31,336 nucleotides of DNA from a virus (taxonomy: Duplodnaviria > Caudoviricetes): positions 1 to 31,336 of the IMG/VR virus record IMGVR_UViG_3300038797_000015; one strand, written 5' to 3'. The notes under the pieces are model-generated. The model searched no databases. It was given only the letters and a program-made list of their open reading frames with translations, and was not told where the DNA came from. Position numbers and translations under genes: made by a program. Positions within the stretch are counted from its first letter, which is position 1; each line of letters opens with the position of its first letter. Positions 8,632 through 16,957 of the stretch are shown piece by piece.

Positions 8632-8976
8632 CTACGGTTTTCTGCGCTCGATACCTTCCGGAGCCTTCGGGCACCCCATGCAGTGTTCACAGTTGAGCGT
8701 GCGGCAGAGCCACGCCTTGACCGGCTGCCACCAGATGACCATGAAGATGTGTCGAGCACCGGCAAGAGCCAGGGACGCGTGCAATGTGATCCCGGCAGAG
8801 CTCGGCCCGAAGAAGACACTCTGGTTGCGAGCCATTACGACGAAACCACTGATGGCGATCGTCGAATAGATCAGCTTGCCCAGAATGCCGTCCCTCACCT
8901 TCCCGCTCAGTACACACCAGGTCGCCCACACGGCAATCAAGCCACAGGCGATGGAGTTGATCAGTTCAAGATTCAT
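8632..8976 (-). CDS. Membrane protein, holin-associated
   Basis: About 3 hydrophobic segments; ATGA-coupled to the upstream membrane gene; lysis-slot position. Confidence 0.7.
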   Translation of the reverse strand: MNLELINSIACGLIAVWATWCVLSGKVRDGILGKLIYSTIAISGFVVMARNQSVFFGPSSAGITLHASLALAGARHIFMVIWWQPVKAWLCRTLNCEHCMGCPKAPEGIERRKP

Positions 8977-9311
8977 GGTGGATTGCCTCCCCCGAACCGC
9001 TGGCGGATAAGCGCCCAGAGGTCAGCGGCTTTGATGGCGCGGTTGATGGCTGCCAGCAGTGACCCGCCGAAGGTGCCCAGCAGGAAGCCAACGCCGGCGA
9101 CAACCTTCGGCTCAGTCACACCCAAGTAGGTGCTGACCATGCTCGTCAGGTACCACGAGCAGGCGACTCCGGTAATCAGAAAGATCGCCCAGGCGCGCCA
9201 GTCCGTTAAGTCGTCCTTGTGCCACCAACTCGCGATGACGGCGCCGACGAACCCTGCGATCAACAATCCAAACCTGTCGAGGTTGTCGAGCAGGCGCTGC
9301 AAATACTCCAT
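8973..9311 (-). CDS. Putative holin
   Basis: About 3 TM segments, GGAG RBS, first gene after the late promoter region. Confidence 0.7.
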   Translation of the reverse strand: MEYLQRLLDNLDRFGLLIAGFVGAVIASWWHKDDLTDWRAWAIFLITGVACSWYLTSMVSTYLGVTEPKVVAGVGFLLGTFGGSLLAAINRAIKAADLWALIRQRFGGGNPP

Positions 9312-9398
9312 GCGCTCGACTCCGTGGGGCATGACTGAAATAAGTCGGCGTCCGCTGCACTCCCAGCTTGGAGCAATGGGTGTGGGGAGCCGAAAGCG

Positions 9399-9425
9399 AA
9401 AAGCCCCCGATCAATGTCGAGGGCC
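9399..9425 (-). terminator. Rho-independent terminator before the holin
   Basis: GGCCCTCGA-cattga-TCGGGGGCTTTT on the minus strand. Confidence 0.6.
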
Positions 9426-9427
9426 TG

Positions 9428-9635
9428 AATAGGTGCGCGTGTCTTCCCACGCTGCCAGCCAAAGACCTTCCCAGCGTCGACGCCCTATTGCATCGATCTC
9501 GCTGTATTGGTCTCGCGCCACCCCGCAAGCGTGTGATGGAACAGGGTGCGCGGGCTGCCGGTGTTGATTCCGTACGTCGCACTATCCGGCTATCGACGTC
9601 CAGGCTGTCCCGAGGGCTGTCCTGGCTACAGGTAA
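9428..9635 (-). ncRNA. Candidate structured RNA in the late leader
   Basis: No credible ORF; several stems (CCAGG/CCTGG, GCCGG/CCGGC, CGCGCACCC/GGGTGGCGCG, GCGTG/CACGC) between two terminators. Confidence 0.4.
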
Positions 9636-9647
9636 AACCGAGGCAAT

Positions 9648-9675
9648 AAAAAACCCGGCGCGATGGCCGGGTTTT
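9648..9675 (-). terminator. tR'-like terminator
   Basis: AAAACCCGGC-catcgc-GCCGGGTTTTTT, about 45 nt after the predicted pR' start. Confidence 0.8.
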
Positions 9676-9724
9676 CTTGCATCAAAGAGTAAGTTGCCGA
9701 AGGCAAAACTCTAACAGTGGCGTT

Positions 9725-9753
9725 ACTATGCCACTAGCCGCACGGGAACGCAA
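9725..9753 (-). promoter_or_regulatory. pR'-like late promoter
   Basis: TTGCGT-17bp-CATAGT with TG extension, right after Q; second -10-like TAGAGT at 9708-9713 (possible pause element). Confidence 0.6.
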
Positions 9754-9760
9754 TAGGCCC

Positions 9761-10342
9761 TCAAGCGGCCTCGCGCATTTCGTAAATCACCGCTGCAACC
9801 GGGCTCAGTGCACGACGATCAAGATCCTCGCAGCACTCAAAGATCAGCTGAAGCACGCCACCCCAGTCACGCTCCCAGTTGCACGACTCGAGTCGAACGC
9901 CATGCACCTGCCACAGCCACGCCCGGAACTTCTCGGCGTTGGCCAGCGGGTCCTCGTTGGCAGACTGGCCGCCCTGGTGCATGTACCGGTAGCGACTCAT
10001 CACCCCCTTCACCACATACTCCAGCTTTTCGCGCTTCGCTGCCGTCATCCGTGGCGACCGATTCTGCACCAGCAGAAAGACTACCTCTTCCGCTGCCTCG
10101 CGAATGTCGTCGCTCTGCTCGGCGGCGTACATGAAATCACCGAAGACGCGGATCTGTGGGTGAAGCCGGGCGATTACCGACTGGATGTGTCCCGCCAAAG
10201 CGCCGTGCACGGCATGGCTCGCCGTTGGCCCGCGCTCGGTGTTCTGCACCACAACGCCCAACTGAACGACATCCGATGACTGGCCCGGAGCCGGGTTGTA
10301 TTTGCAATCGTGCCAAGCCTGGCGCGCTGAGTTGATCTTCAT
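9761..10342 (-). CDS. Late antiterminator Q-like protein
   Basis: Position after ninG and before the promoter/terminator/holin; 193 aa. Confidence 0.7.
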   Translation of the reverse strand: MKINSARQAWHDCKYNPAPGQSSDVVQLGVVVQNTERGPTASHAVHGALAGHIQSVIARLHPQIRVFGDFMYAAEQSDDIREAAEEVVFLLVQNRSPRMTAAKREKLEYVVKGVMSRYRYMHQGGQSANEDPLANAEKFRAWLWQVHGVRLESCNWERDWGGVLQLIFECCEDLDRRALSPVAAVIYEMREAA

Positions 10343-10950
10343 GCTGCTCTCCCCTTCAACTCTCTTGTCTTTGCCCGGTATTCGGCCTTGATGGCCTTGA
10401 TCTCTTCCACGGTGTACTTGCGGGGCTCATGCGGCCCTTCGATCCAGGCGACCTGGTCGGCGCCGATGCGAAGCACCAAACGAGCGCGGTACTCCACGGA
10501 ATTGCCAGAGAGGTTGCGATTGCACTTCACGCACTGGCGGTGGATGTTCAGCGGCTCGAAGCGCAGTTCCGGGCATGCACCGACCGAACGGTAGTGCCCG
10601 GCGTCCCACCGGCTGCCGGTGATCAGGTCCTGATCGTTCGGCAGTGAGTCGCAGCTGATGCACGGCAGGTGTGCGTCACGAAGGCGCACGAACTCGTTCA
10701 CCGCTGCCTGGGCTTCGCGCAGATGATCCGCCCTGCTCTTCAGCCTCTCCTTGCGGACCTTGATCTCCCGGCGCTCTACCTGGTCCAGCGACTTGCGCGC
10801 TCTCTCCTGGTGGCGTGGCGCGTCGATGAGTGCGCATGCCGGGCTGCATACCGCTTGGCCCAGGCGTTGCGGGACGAATGAGGCCCTGCACGATGCAACG
10901 CGGCATTTCTTCGACCGGGGCGGTTTTCTTTCCTTCAGTGCTACGCGCAT
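10339..10950 (-). CDS. ninG: NinG/Rap recombination endonuclease
   Basis: RLRD..LPCISC, WDAGHYRSVG, NIHRQCVKCN motifs. Confidence 0.9.
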   Translation of the reverse strand: MRVALKERKPPRSKKCRVASCRASFVPQRLGQAVCSPACALIDAPRHQERARKSLDQVERREIKVRKERLKSRADHLREAQAAVNEFVRLRDAHLPCISCDSLPNDQDLITGSRWDAGHYRSVGACPELRFEPLNIHRQCVKCNRNLSGNSVEYRARLVLRIGADQVAWIEGPHEPRKYTVEEIKAIKAEYRAKTRELKGRAA

Positions 10951-11219
10951 GGTTCGGCCTCCATGGCTTTCTGCTGCTCGGGCTCAAAGTCGCCGCGCAG
11001 TGGCATGAGGTTCTTTTCGTGCTTGATGGCGAGGCAATCCTTGAAACTGCACAGCCACCCACCCAATCCGGAAGCAGGCCTGAACTGATATGTTTTTCCC
11101 GAAGTGGGCGACACGACGACCTCGTCCGGCTGCACGAAGCGGATGATCTCGGCCGCTTCGCCCAAATGTCCTCCCGCAATCACCAGGGCCAGGTCGCCCG
11201 GCTTGAATTGATGGTTCAT
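10941..11219 (-). CDS. Hypothetical nin-region protein
   Basis: FKPGDLAL start, LMPLRGDF end; coupled ORF. Confidence 0.75.
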   Translation of the reverse strand: MNHQFKPGDLALVIAGGHLGEAAEIIRFVQPDEVVVSPTSGKTYQFRPASGLGGWLCSFKDCLAIKHEKNLMPLRGDFEPEQQKAMEAEPCA

Positions 11220-11686
11220 GCGGCCTCCTGGCTCAGAAGGTCATCGAAATACACACCCTGCGGAGCGAAGCGCGCGACGATGCGATCCGTGTAGGCGATG
11301 CCCTGGGAGCGGTTGAACAGGCTGGTCACCGGGAACCCGTCGGGGCCGAACAGCTTGCAGTCGCCCATCATGGACAGCTTCGTCTCGTACGGCAGGTGGC
11401 GCATGACGCGGTACCACTCAGCCTGAAACCCGGCATCTTCGTTCAGCAGGATCTGCACGCCGATGTGCAGCTTGCAGTACTGGCGGGCGTCGGCGGCGTC
11501 ACCGATCTGCGTCATCTCGGCGATGCGCTTGTACATCGCGAACCACAGGCGGTTCTGGTCGAGCGTGCGGTCCTTGCCAGGGCGCAGGCTCACCACAACG
11601 AAGTGCTTGTCCTCGAACATCTTGGACATGCGGGTGATGGCCTCGGTGAGCATGGAGCGACAGTTGACGCTGATCTTGTCGGTCAT
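11216..11686 (-). CDS. NinB/YbcN-like protein
   Basis: RTLDQNRLW motif, nin-region position. Confidence 0.7.
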   Translation of the reverse strand: MTDKISVNCRSMLTEAITRMSKMFEDKHFVVVSLRPGKDRTLDQNRLWFAMYKRIAEMTQIGDAADARQYCKLHIGVQILLNEDAGFQAEWYRVMRHLPYETKLSMMGDCKLFGPDGFPVTSLFNRSQGIAYTDRIVARFAPQGVYFDDLLSQEAA

Positions 11687-11778
11687 GGCATCACCGCCAT
11701 CGTGATCAACACGCAGAAAACGCCAATTGAGAAGCCCATACCCGCGAAGGCAATCTTGACTTGAGTCTTGATGCTCAT
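11683..11778 (-). CDS. Putative 31-aa single-TM peptide
   Basis: MSIKTQVKIAFAGMGFSIGVFCVLITMAVMP; coupled at both ends (TGATG, ATGA); AAGGAGG upstream. Confidence 0.6.
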   Translation of the reverse strand: MSIKTQVKIAFAGMGFSIGVFCVLITMAVMP

Positions 11779-12593
11779 CAGAAACCCTCCTTTCCGCGTT
11801 GCGATTCCCACTCGAACGGCTGAACGATCACCCCGCCCTCTCGCAGGCGATCTGCGCAGCGTTCGCCTATGGCACTGGCCAGCGCCTTCGCATCCAGGTT
11901 GGAAACGATGACGGTCGGTCTCAGTTCTTCGTAGCGGCCGTTGATGATCGAGAACAGGGTCGTCAGCTCGAAGTCGCTCGGCTTCTCCTTGCTCACGCCG
12001 ATCTCGTCCAGGATCAGCAGCGAGGGGCTGACAAGGCTCGACAGGATCTGGCTCTCGCTCTGGTCGCTGGTGTGGTCGTAGGTGGCGCGGATGGCCTGCA
12101 GCACAGCGCCGATGGTGCGATACACGGCCGTGGCACTGGACGTGGCCATGATCTCGTTGGCGATCGCGACAGACAGATGCGTCTTGCCGGTGCCGGGCTT
12201 GCCCAGCAGCAACAGGCAGCGGCCGGCGGCGGCAATCTGCTTGAACTCGGCGGCGTACCGGACGCAGGTTTTGAGCGCCTTCTGCTGCTCGGCGGTTTTG
12301 GCGATGTACCCGTCGAAGGTCTTCCCAGCGAAGCGTTTAGGGATCAGCGCGGCGCCCAGTTTCTCGGCCATGCGAATTCGAGCCTGGGCTGCCTCCTGAA
12401 TCATCTGGCGCTCGGCCTCTTCCTCGGCGCGGATTCGGCTGCACTCAGGGCAACCACTCTTGAGCTCCTTGCCCAGCAAGGCGAAGACCTTTTGCTCGTA
12501 CGAGCCGTGGGTCTCGCAGTCGGCAGGTTGAATGCGCGTACCAGGCGGCAGTTCTGGCGCCTGTTGGATTGGCTCAGAATGCATAGCTGCCAT
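11778..12593 (-). CDS. DnaC/IstB-like helicase loader ATPase
   Basis: Walker A GKPGTGKT, Walker B LLILDE, N-terminal Zn ligands; start may be 12584. Confidence 0.92.
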   Translation of the reverse strand: MAAMHSEPIQQAPELPPGTRIQPADCETHGSYEQKVFALLGKELKSGCPECSRIRAEEEAERQMIQEAAQARIRMAEKLGAALIPKRFAGKTFDGYIAKTAEQQKALKTCVRYAAEFKQIAAAGRCLLLLGKPGTGKTHLSVAIANEIMATSSATAVYRTIGAVLQAIRATYDHTSDQSESQILSSLVSPSLLILDEIGVSKEKPSDFELTTLFSIINGRYEELRPTVIVSNLDAKALASAIGERCADRLREGGVIVQPFEWESQRGKEGF

Positions 12594-13353
12594 CCTCCCG
12601 CAGGGTCAGGCCCGCGGTGTAATCGCGCTCGGCGAACCCGGTGTGCCGCGATTGCGGGAACGGGTGGACATTGCTCGCGACCTTCTCCGGAAAAATCCCG
12701 GTCCAACCGTTTGAGATCGACGTGGCCAGCACCTGGTCCGGTGCCGCATGGCCTTCCAGCGCCTTGGCCTGTTGCTCGCAGCTTTTGGCGGTCAGCGGCT
12801 TGCGGATTTCCTTGCGGTGCTGGCACCAGTCGGCCCAGGCCTTGTCGGAGACGTTGGCCGGTTTCGCGGTGAGCGGATCGAACTTCGCAGACTTGGCCGG
12901 TGCGCCAGCGCCCTGCTTTTGATCTTGCTCTTTCTTCTCTTCTCTTCTCTTCTCTTCTCTGGTCCGCAAACTGTCCGCATCCGAAGCGGACAAATTGCGG
13001 ACAGGTTTTTTACGCTCGTTGCGCTTGCGTTCCGAGTCGTTGGCGCGACGCTTGGCGCTGGCCCCGTTGTGCTCGTCAAAGCGAGGCATGACAAGGCTCC
13101 CGTCGTCATTCACGGACGCCCACTCAACGTCGATCATGGCCTGGATGAAGCCCGGCCAGCCCACGACAGCATCCATCGCGTCCACGGTGTAACCAACCAA
13201 AACACCGTCGCTTGAGTGCGTGTCGAAGATGCTCCAAGCGACATGCAGTCCGCCGATAATCCGCAATCTGTCCGCCTTCAATGCGGACACCATGCGGAAA
13301 ACTTTCGGATGTGTCTGGAGGTCGATTCGCATTTTGATCCAGTCTCCGGCCAT
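12574..13353 (-). CDS. Phage replication initiator (O-like)
   Basis: MAGDWIKM start, W..W..HRK..RKPLT C-terminal domain, internal iterons, upstream of the loader. Confidence 0.88.
   Translation of the reverse strand: MAGDWIKMRIDLQTHPKVFRMVSALKADRLRIIGGLHVAWSIFDTHSSDGVLVGYTVDAMDAVVGWPGFIQAMIDVEWASVNDDGSLVMPRFDEHNGASAKRRANDSERKRNERKKPVRNLSASDADSLRTREEKRREEKKEQDQKQGAGAPAKSAKFDPLTAKPANVSDKAWADWCQHRKEIRKPLTAKSCEQQAKALEGHAAPDQVLATSISNGWTGIFPEKVASNVHPFPQSRHTGFAERDYTAGLTLREDGSYAF
12933..13003. repeat. Candidate replication origin: four (T)GTCCGC(A) iterons plus (TCTTC)x5.6 tract
   Basis: GTCCGCA 12962, TGTCCGCA 12972, inverted GCGGACA 12986 and TGCGGACA 12996; lambdoid origins lie inside O. Confidence 0.65.
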
Positions 13354-13355
13354 GG

Positions 13356-14126
13356 TCAGAACTCCAGGCGCTTGATTTCTGAAAGAAGAGCCCGGCTATG
13401 ACGCTGGATGTAGATCTGGCTGAGCTTCTGCTTGCGGGATTCGAAGTCCATACCAACGTCGATCAGGGATGCATTGACGCGCTGGAGATGTTCAATACAG
13501 CGTATTTCACAGGGCGTGAGGTGGTCTCGAATAGAGTCGGTGGGGCTGATGCAGTGAGCGGCCCTGTACGCCTTTGAAGGCATTCCCAAGGCGATTCGAT
13601 TGATCAGGTCGAATTCATTGCTGAAGTGGTAATGTTTGATGTCTTTGCCGATTGATAGGCGACCGTGCTTGATTGCATCAGTAAGGGCTGGAGCCTCGAG
13701 GCGAGCACGCTCCCTAGCTTGCTTCCCCTCGACGAGTTGAATGTGCCCGATTACGACAGCGTCGAAGGTGCGAATCACCTGCAAATGAAACCTGGCACTT
13801 GCCCACATCGCGTAGGCATAAACCAGCTCCTTCATAACGAAGGTGCCACCATTTCGGCCCTCAATCGTAACTACCGGAATTCCGGTAGTTTCCAGTTCAC
13901 CCACAAGCTCTGCAGCTTGCTGTATCGCCAGCCAGTAACCTGGCGCATGACGCTTCTCTTTCCCAGCAGCCTTATGCAGATCGTTCAGGCAATAACGCCC
14001 TTCTAGATCCTGCTTTATTTTCACGCCCCCAAGGACAAGCGACATAGGTCGCGACACGTTTTGCGAATCATGAAAATGTGTCGCGGACTTTTTAAGGCCC
14101 TGTACATCAATGTTATAGGTATGCAT
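13356..14126 (-). CDS. KilA-N domain regulatory/antirepressor-like protein
   Basis: GRYCLNDLHKAAG, GRNGGTF, ELVYAYAMW motifs; GAGG RBS. Confidence 0.88.
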   Translation of the reverse strand: MHTYNIDVQGLKKSATHFHDSQNVSRPMSLVLGGVKIKQDLEGRYCLNDLHKAAGKEKRHAPGYWLAIQQAAELVGELETTGIPVVTIEGRNGGTFVMKELVYAYAMWASARFHLQVIRTFDAVVIGHIQLVEGKQARERARLEAPALTDAIKHGRLSIGKDIKHYHFSNEFDLINRIALGMPSKAYRAAHCISPTDSIRDHLTPCEIRCIEHLQRVNASLIDVGMDFESRKQKLSQIYIQRHSRALLSEIKRLEF

Positions 14127-14162
14127 AATCGACCTCACAGATGTGTTTTATATGTGCTGCAC

Positions 14163-14192
14163 AAAAAGCCGGGATTGCGCCCCGGCTTTTTT
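14163..14192. terminator. Bidirectional terminator (tR-like)
   Basis: AAAAAGCCGGG-attgcgc-CCCGGCTTTTTT. Confidence 0.8.
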
Positions 14193-14209
14193 GTGCCTGC
14201 GATTTGGCT

Positions 14210-14449
14210 TTATTCACTTTTCAGTCCCTCATCAGGCTTTGCTCTCGCTGGGTTGTAGGGTCGCCGGAATGGCTGAACTGTCCCCTGCATCGTCTTCGGC
14301 CTTGTCCGGGCAACGATGTGGCGCTCAATCAGTTCCTTGACGAGTTGCTGCGTGGTTATTCCCCGCTCGGCCGCCGCCTGTTCGAGGAATTGGATGTCGT
14401 CGACATCCGCGATCTGTCGCAAAGACAGGTCGCATGGGTTCTCAGGCAT
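14210..14449 (-). CDS. Small regulator, ribbon-helix-helix-like
   Basis: GGAGG RBS; LEQAAAERGITTQQLVKELI pattern; CII slot. Confidence 0.65.
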   Translation of the reverse strand: MPENPCDLSLRQIADVDDIQFLEQAAAERGITTQQLVKELIERHIVARTRPKTMQGTVQPFRRPYNPARAKPDEGLKSE

Positions 14450-14469
14450 AGAGCCTCCATTGCGGGCCT

Positions 14470-14658
14470 TCAGGCCATGTCTTGAACACGGGTAAGCTCT
14501 TCCCTCATCTGCTGAATTGCAGCCTTCAGGATTTCCCGGGCCAGGACCGCTTTCTGGGTGCCGTGGATCTTTGCCAGCGAGCGCAAGTAGTTGTCGTACT
14601 CATCGCTCAGGCGAACCTTTGTTTCGTTGTGGTTCAGGTGCTTCGGGTCTTCGTACAT
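14470..14658 (-). CDS. Small regulator, ribbon-helix-helix-like (CII position)
   Basis: TKVRLSD...QKAVLAREIL; AAGGA RBS; directly after cro. Confidence 0.7.
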   Translation of the reverse strand: MYEDPKHLNHNETKVRLSDEYDNYLRSLAKIHGTQKAVLAREILKAAIQQMREELTRVQDMA

Positions 14659-14716
14659 GCGTGGTTTTCCTTCGTCGCTAATGAACTGGATGAAAGTGGT
14701 TGCCAAGGCGGCATGA

Positions 14717-14893
14717 CTACGCGGCCTGAGTTTTCTGCTCAGCCTTCAATGCGCCCTGGGTGATTCGCTCGATTTGGTACTGGCGCAACTCAGGCACGAC
14801 GTCCCATTGGCGGACTGCCTCGTAGGTCACGCTGATTGCCTTTGCCAGCGCCGAAACGGAGCCGAAATGTTGGATCGCTTGTGTTTTGGTCAT
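14717..14893 (-). CDS. cro: Cro repressor (58 aa)
   Basis: Manual translation MTKTQAIQHFGSVSALAKAISVTYEAVRQW...; AAGGAGG RBS; divergent from cI; below the ORF-track cutoff. Confidence 0.9.
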   Translation of the reverse strand: MTKTQAIQHFGSVSALAKAISVTYEAVRQWDVVPELRQYQIERITQGALKAEQKTQAA

Positions 14894-14921
14894 GCCGACC
14901 TCCTTTGCCTTGGTTAATATT

Positions 14922-14969
14922 CAAGCATGCTTGTGTTTGCAAAGCAAGCATGCTTGACAAGCTTCCTTG
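14922..14969. promoter_or_regulatory. OR operators (3 sites)
   Basis: CAAGCATGCTTG at 14922 and 14945, CAAGCTTCCTTG at 14958. Confidence 0.88.
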
Positions 14970-14981
14970 TAGATTGCTCGT

Positions 14982-15833
14982 ATGAAAATTACTGATCGAA
15001 TTGCTGCCCTGGTTCTGGCTCGAAAGCCCGAGGTAGGCGCGCGCGGGTATAAGCGCGATATTGCGACAACCTGCGGCGTCAGCTATGAAGCTGTGCGCCA
15101 GTGGTTCGCCGGTGATACCGGGAATATCAAAAACGATAACCTTCGGGCGATCGCCGAGGGCTACGACACGACCGTGGACTGGCTGATCTCCGGGAAAGGT
15201 GAGCCGCCTCGCCGCTCAAGCCCTCAGAAATCGGTCGAGCAATCGAAGCAGTCGTCCGCCGACCTTGTTCAGCAGATGCTGGCCAAGCACGGCAAGAACC
15301 TTTCGGATGACGCGAAGCAGAAGATCGCCGAAGCAGTCGCTGACACGGAAAAAGAGGTCAAGTCGAGCAACGTCATTCCGGCTGACTTCTCAGGCTTGCG
15401 CGCCCGGGCGGATGAGGTGCTGATCCCGCAGTACGACGTGCGGGCCGCCATGGGTCATGGCCAGGTTCCGCCGGACTACAACGAGACCGTGCGCAACCTG
15501 ATCGTGCGTGAAGACGTGCTGCGAGAGAAAGGCGTGACCTTCACCTCACTCAATGCCCTGGCGGTGATCACCGGCTGGGGCCAGAGTATGGAAGGCACGA
15601 TCAACGACAAGGACCCTGTCATCGTTGATCGAGGCGTGAATGAGTTCGTCGGCGATGGAATCTACGTCATCACCTGGCACGGCCTGCTCTACATCAAGCG
15701 CCTGCAGATGGCGGATGAAGATCACTTCTGGCTGATTTCTGATAATGAGAAACACAAGGACCAGCAGGCACGGATCGACGACGTGACGATCCATGCCAAG
15801 GTTCTATTGATTTGGAATGCGAGGAAGGCCTAG
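14982..15833 (+). CDS. cI: CI repressor, HTH plus S24 autopeptidase
   Basis: HTH GVSYEAVRQW; catalytic GQSMEG and YIKRL; AMG cleavage-loop region. Confidence 0.95.
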   Translation: MKITDRIAALVLARKPEVGARGYKRDIATTCGVSYEAVRQWFAGDTGNIKNDNLRAIAEGYDTTVDWLISGKGEPPRRSSPQKSVEQSKQSSADLVQQMLAKHGKNLSDDAKQKIAEAVADTEKEVKSSNVIPADFSGLRARADEVLIPQYDVRAAMGHGQVPPDYNETVRNLIVREDVLREKGVTFTSLNALAVITGWGQSMEGTINDKDPVIVDRGVNEFVGDGIYVITWHGLLYIKRLQMADEDHFWLISDNEKHKDQQARIDDVTIHAKVLLIWNARKA

Positions 15834-15975
15834 GTTGTACCGGCTAACAGCCAAACCTCGCTGCGTTAACGCCTATGGCGCGCCCAGGTTGTCAGGCTTA
15901 GGACCTTTCTGCGCCTCTTCGCAAATCCTCGGCATGACCGCCGGGTAAAATTTCATGTATATCAAGGGATTAGAT

Positions 15976-16899
15976 ATGAAAAGTGGTCTGCCGGGCGCCG
16001 CCCCAAAACAGTTTGCGCTTGAGCTTGGCGTCGAAGTCCAGAGAGATGTAAACGGGATCGAAATGGGCGTCCTCGAGAACGGAATTCCGTTTCTCACGCA
16101 GCGTGGTTTGTCGCTGGTCACGGGAGCCCACCGAAGCCTAATTCAAGATATCAGCCAGGAGTGGGAAGATCATTTTGATGATGAGATTCTGACGAAGGAT
16201 CGGATTTCCTTTATCAAGCAGTATCTCTTTCAGCGAGGCTATACGGATCGCAAGCTTTATATCGAAACCATTCGGGATGGTAGTCCACACTACGCCTATC
16301 CTGACATCGTTTGCATGGCTATCCTGGAGTTCTATGCATTTGAGTCTAGGACTACCAACCAGGTAGCCCTCGACAGCTACAGAAACTTCGCGACCTACGG
16401 CCTGCAGAGATTCATCTACGACTCCCTAAATTACGCCCCCGGGGATAAGTGGCAGTTTCATCATGAGCGGGTCTCGATACTAAACAATGCCGCGCCGCTT
16501 GGGCATTTCATTGTATTTAATGAAATCACAGGTCTAATCGTTGATCTCATCACGGCCGACCTAACGGTTAACCATAAGACGATTCCGGATATCAGCGTTG
16601 GGCTGATGTGGGCGAAACACTGGAAGGAGTTCAATCTCGGCTCAATCTATGGCGAGAGAGTTCCATGCCAGCACAATTACCCTGCCAGATATCCCCAAGC
16701 TAAGAGCAATCCACAAGAAGCCAGCGCATACCCAAATGACGCGCTTGCTGAGTTTCGCCGATGGTTCAGATACGACTATCTGGTCACCAGGTTCCCGGAA
16801 TACATCCTGAAAAAGGCACCGACGCTCAAGGGTGGAAAAGACGAAGCACTGAAGATCGGGTCGATGTACGCGCCTCATAAGCCTAAAGGCATAAACTGA
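15976..16899 (+). CDS. bstA: BstA-family abortive infection protein (307 aa)
   Basis: MGVLENGIPFLTQRGL, PDISVG..WAKHW, HNYP..YPQAKSNPQ, ALAEFRRW motifs recalled from BstA; located just downstream of cI as in BTP1; AAGGGA RBS. Confidence 0.8.
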   Translation: MKSGLPGAAPKQFALELGVEVQRDVNGIEMGVLENGIPFLTQRGLSLVTGAHRSLIQDISQEWEDHFDDEILTKDRISFIKQYLFQRGYTDRKLYIETIRDGSPHYAYPDIVCMAILEFYAFESRTTNQVALDSYRNFATYGLQRFIYDSLNYAPGDKWQFHHERVSILNNAAPLGHFIVFNEITGLIVDLITADLTVNHKTIPDISVGLMWAKHWKEFNLGSIYGERVPCQHNYPARYPQAKSNPQEASAYPNDALAEFRRWFRYDYLVTRFPEYILKKAPTLKGGKDEALKIGSMYAPHKPKGIN

Positions 16900-16924
16900 C
16901 GGAGCGCTTCCCGCAGATGCCGAC

Positions 16925-16950
16925 AAGCCCGCCACCGAGCGGGCTTTTTT
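16925..16950 (+). terminator. Terminator between convergent bstA and DUF1654 genes
   Basis: AAGCCCGC-caccga-GCGGGCTTTTTT. Confidence 0.8.
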
Positions 16951-16957
16951 GTGCCCG

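Noticed and set aside
9340-9720. tRNA gene in the late leader
   Set aside because: No TTCGA T-loop or canonical cloverleaf on either strand
14100-14115. CTGTACATCAATGTTA as a second SOS box
   Set aside because: Only the left half-site matches; no CAG at the required spacing
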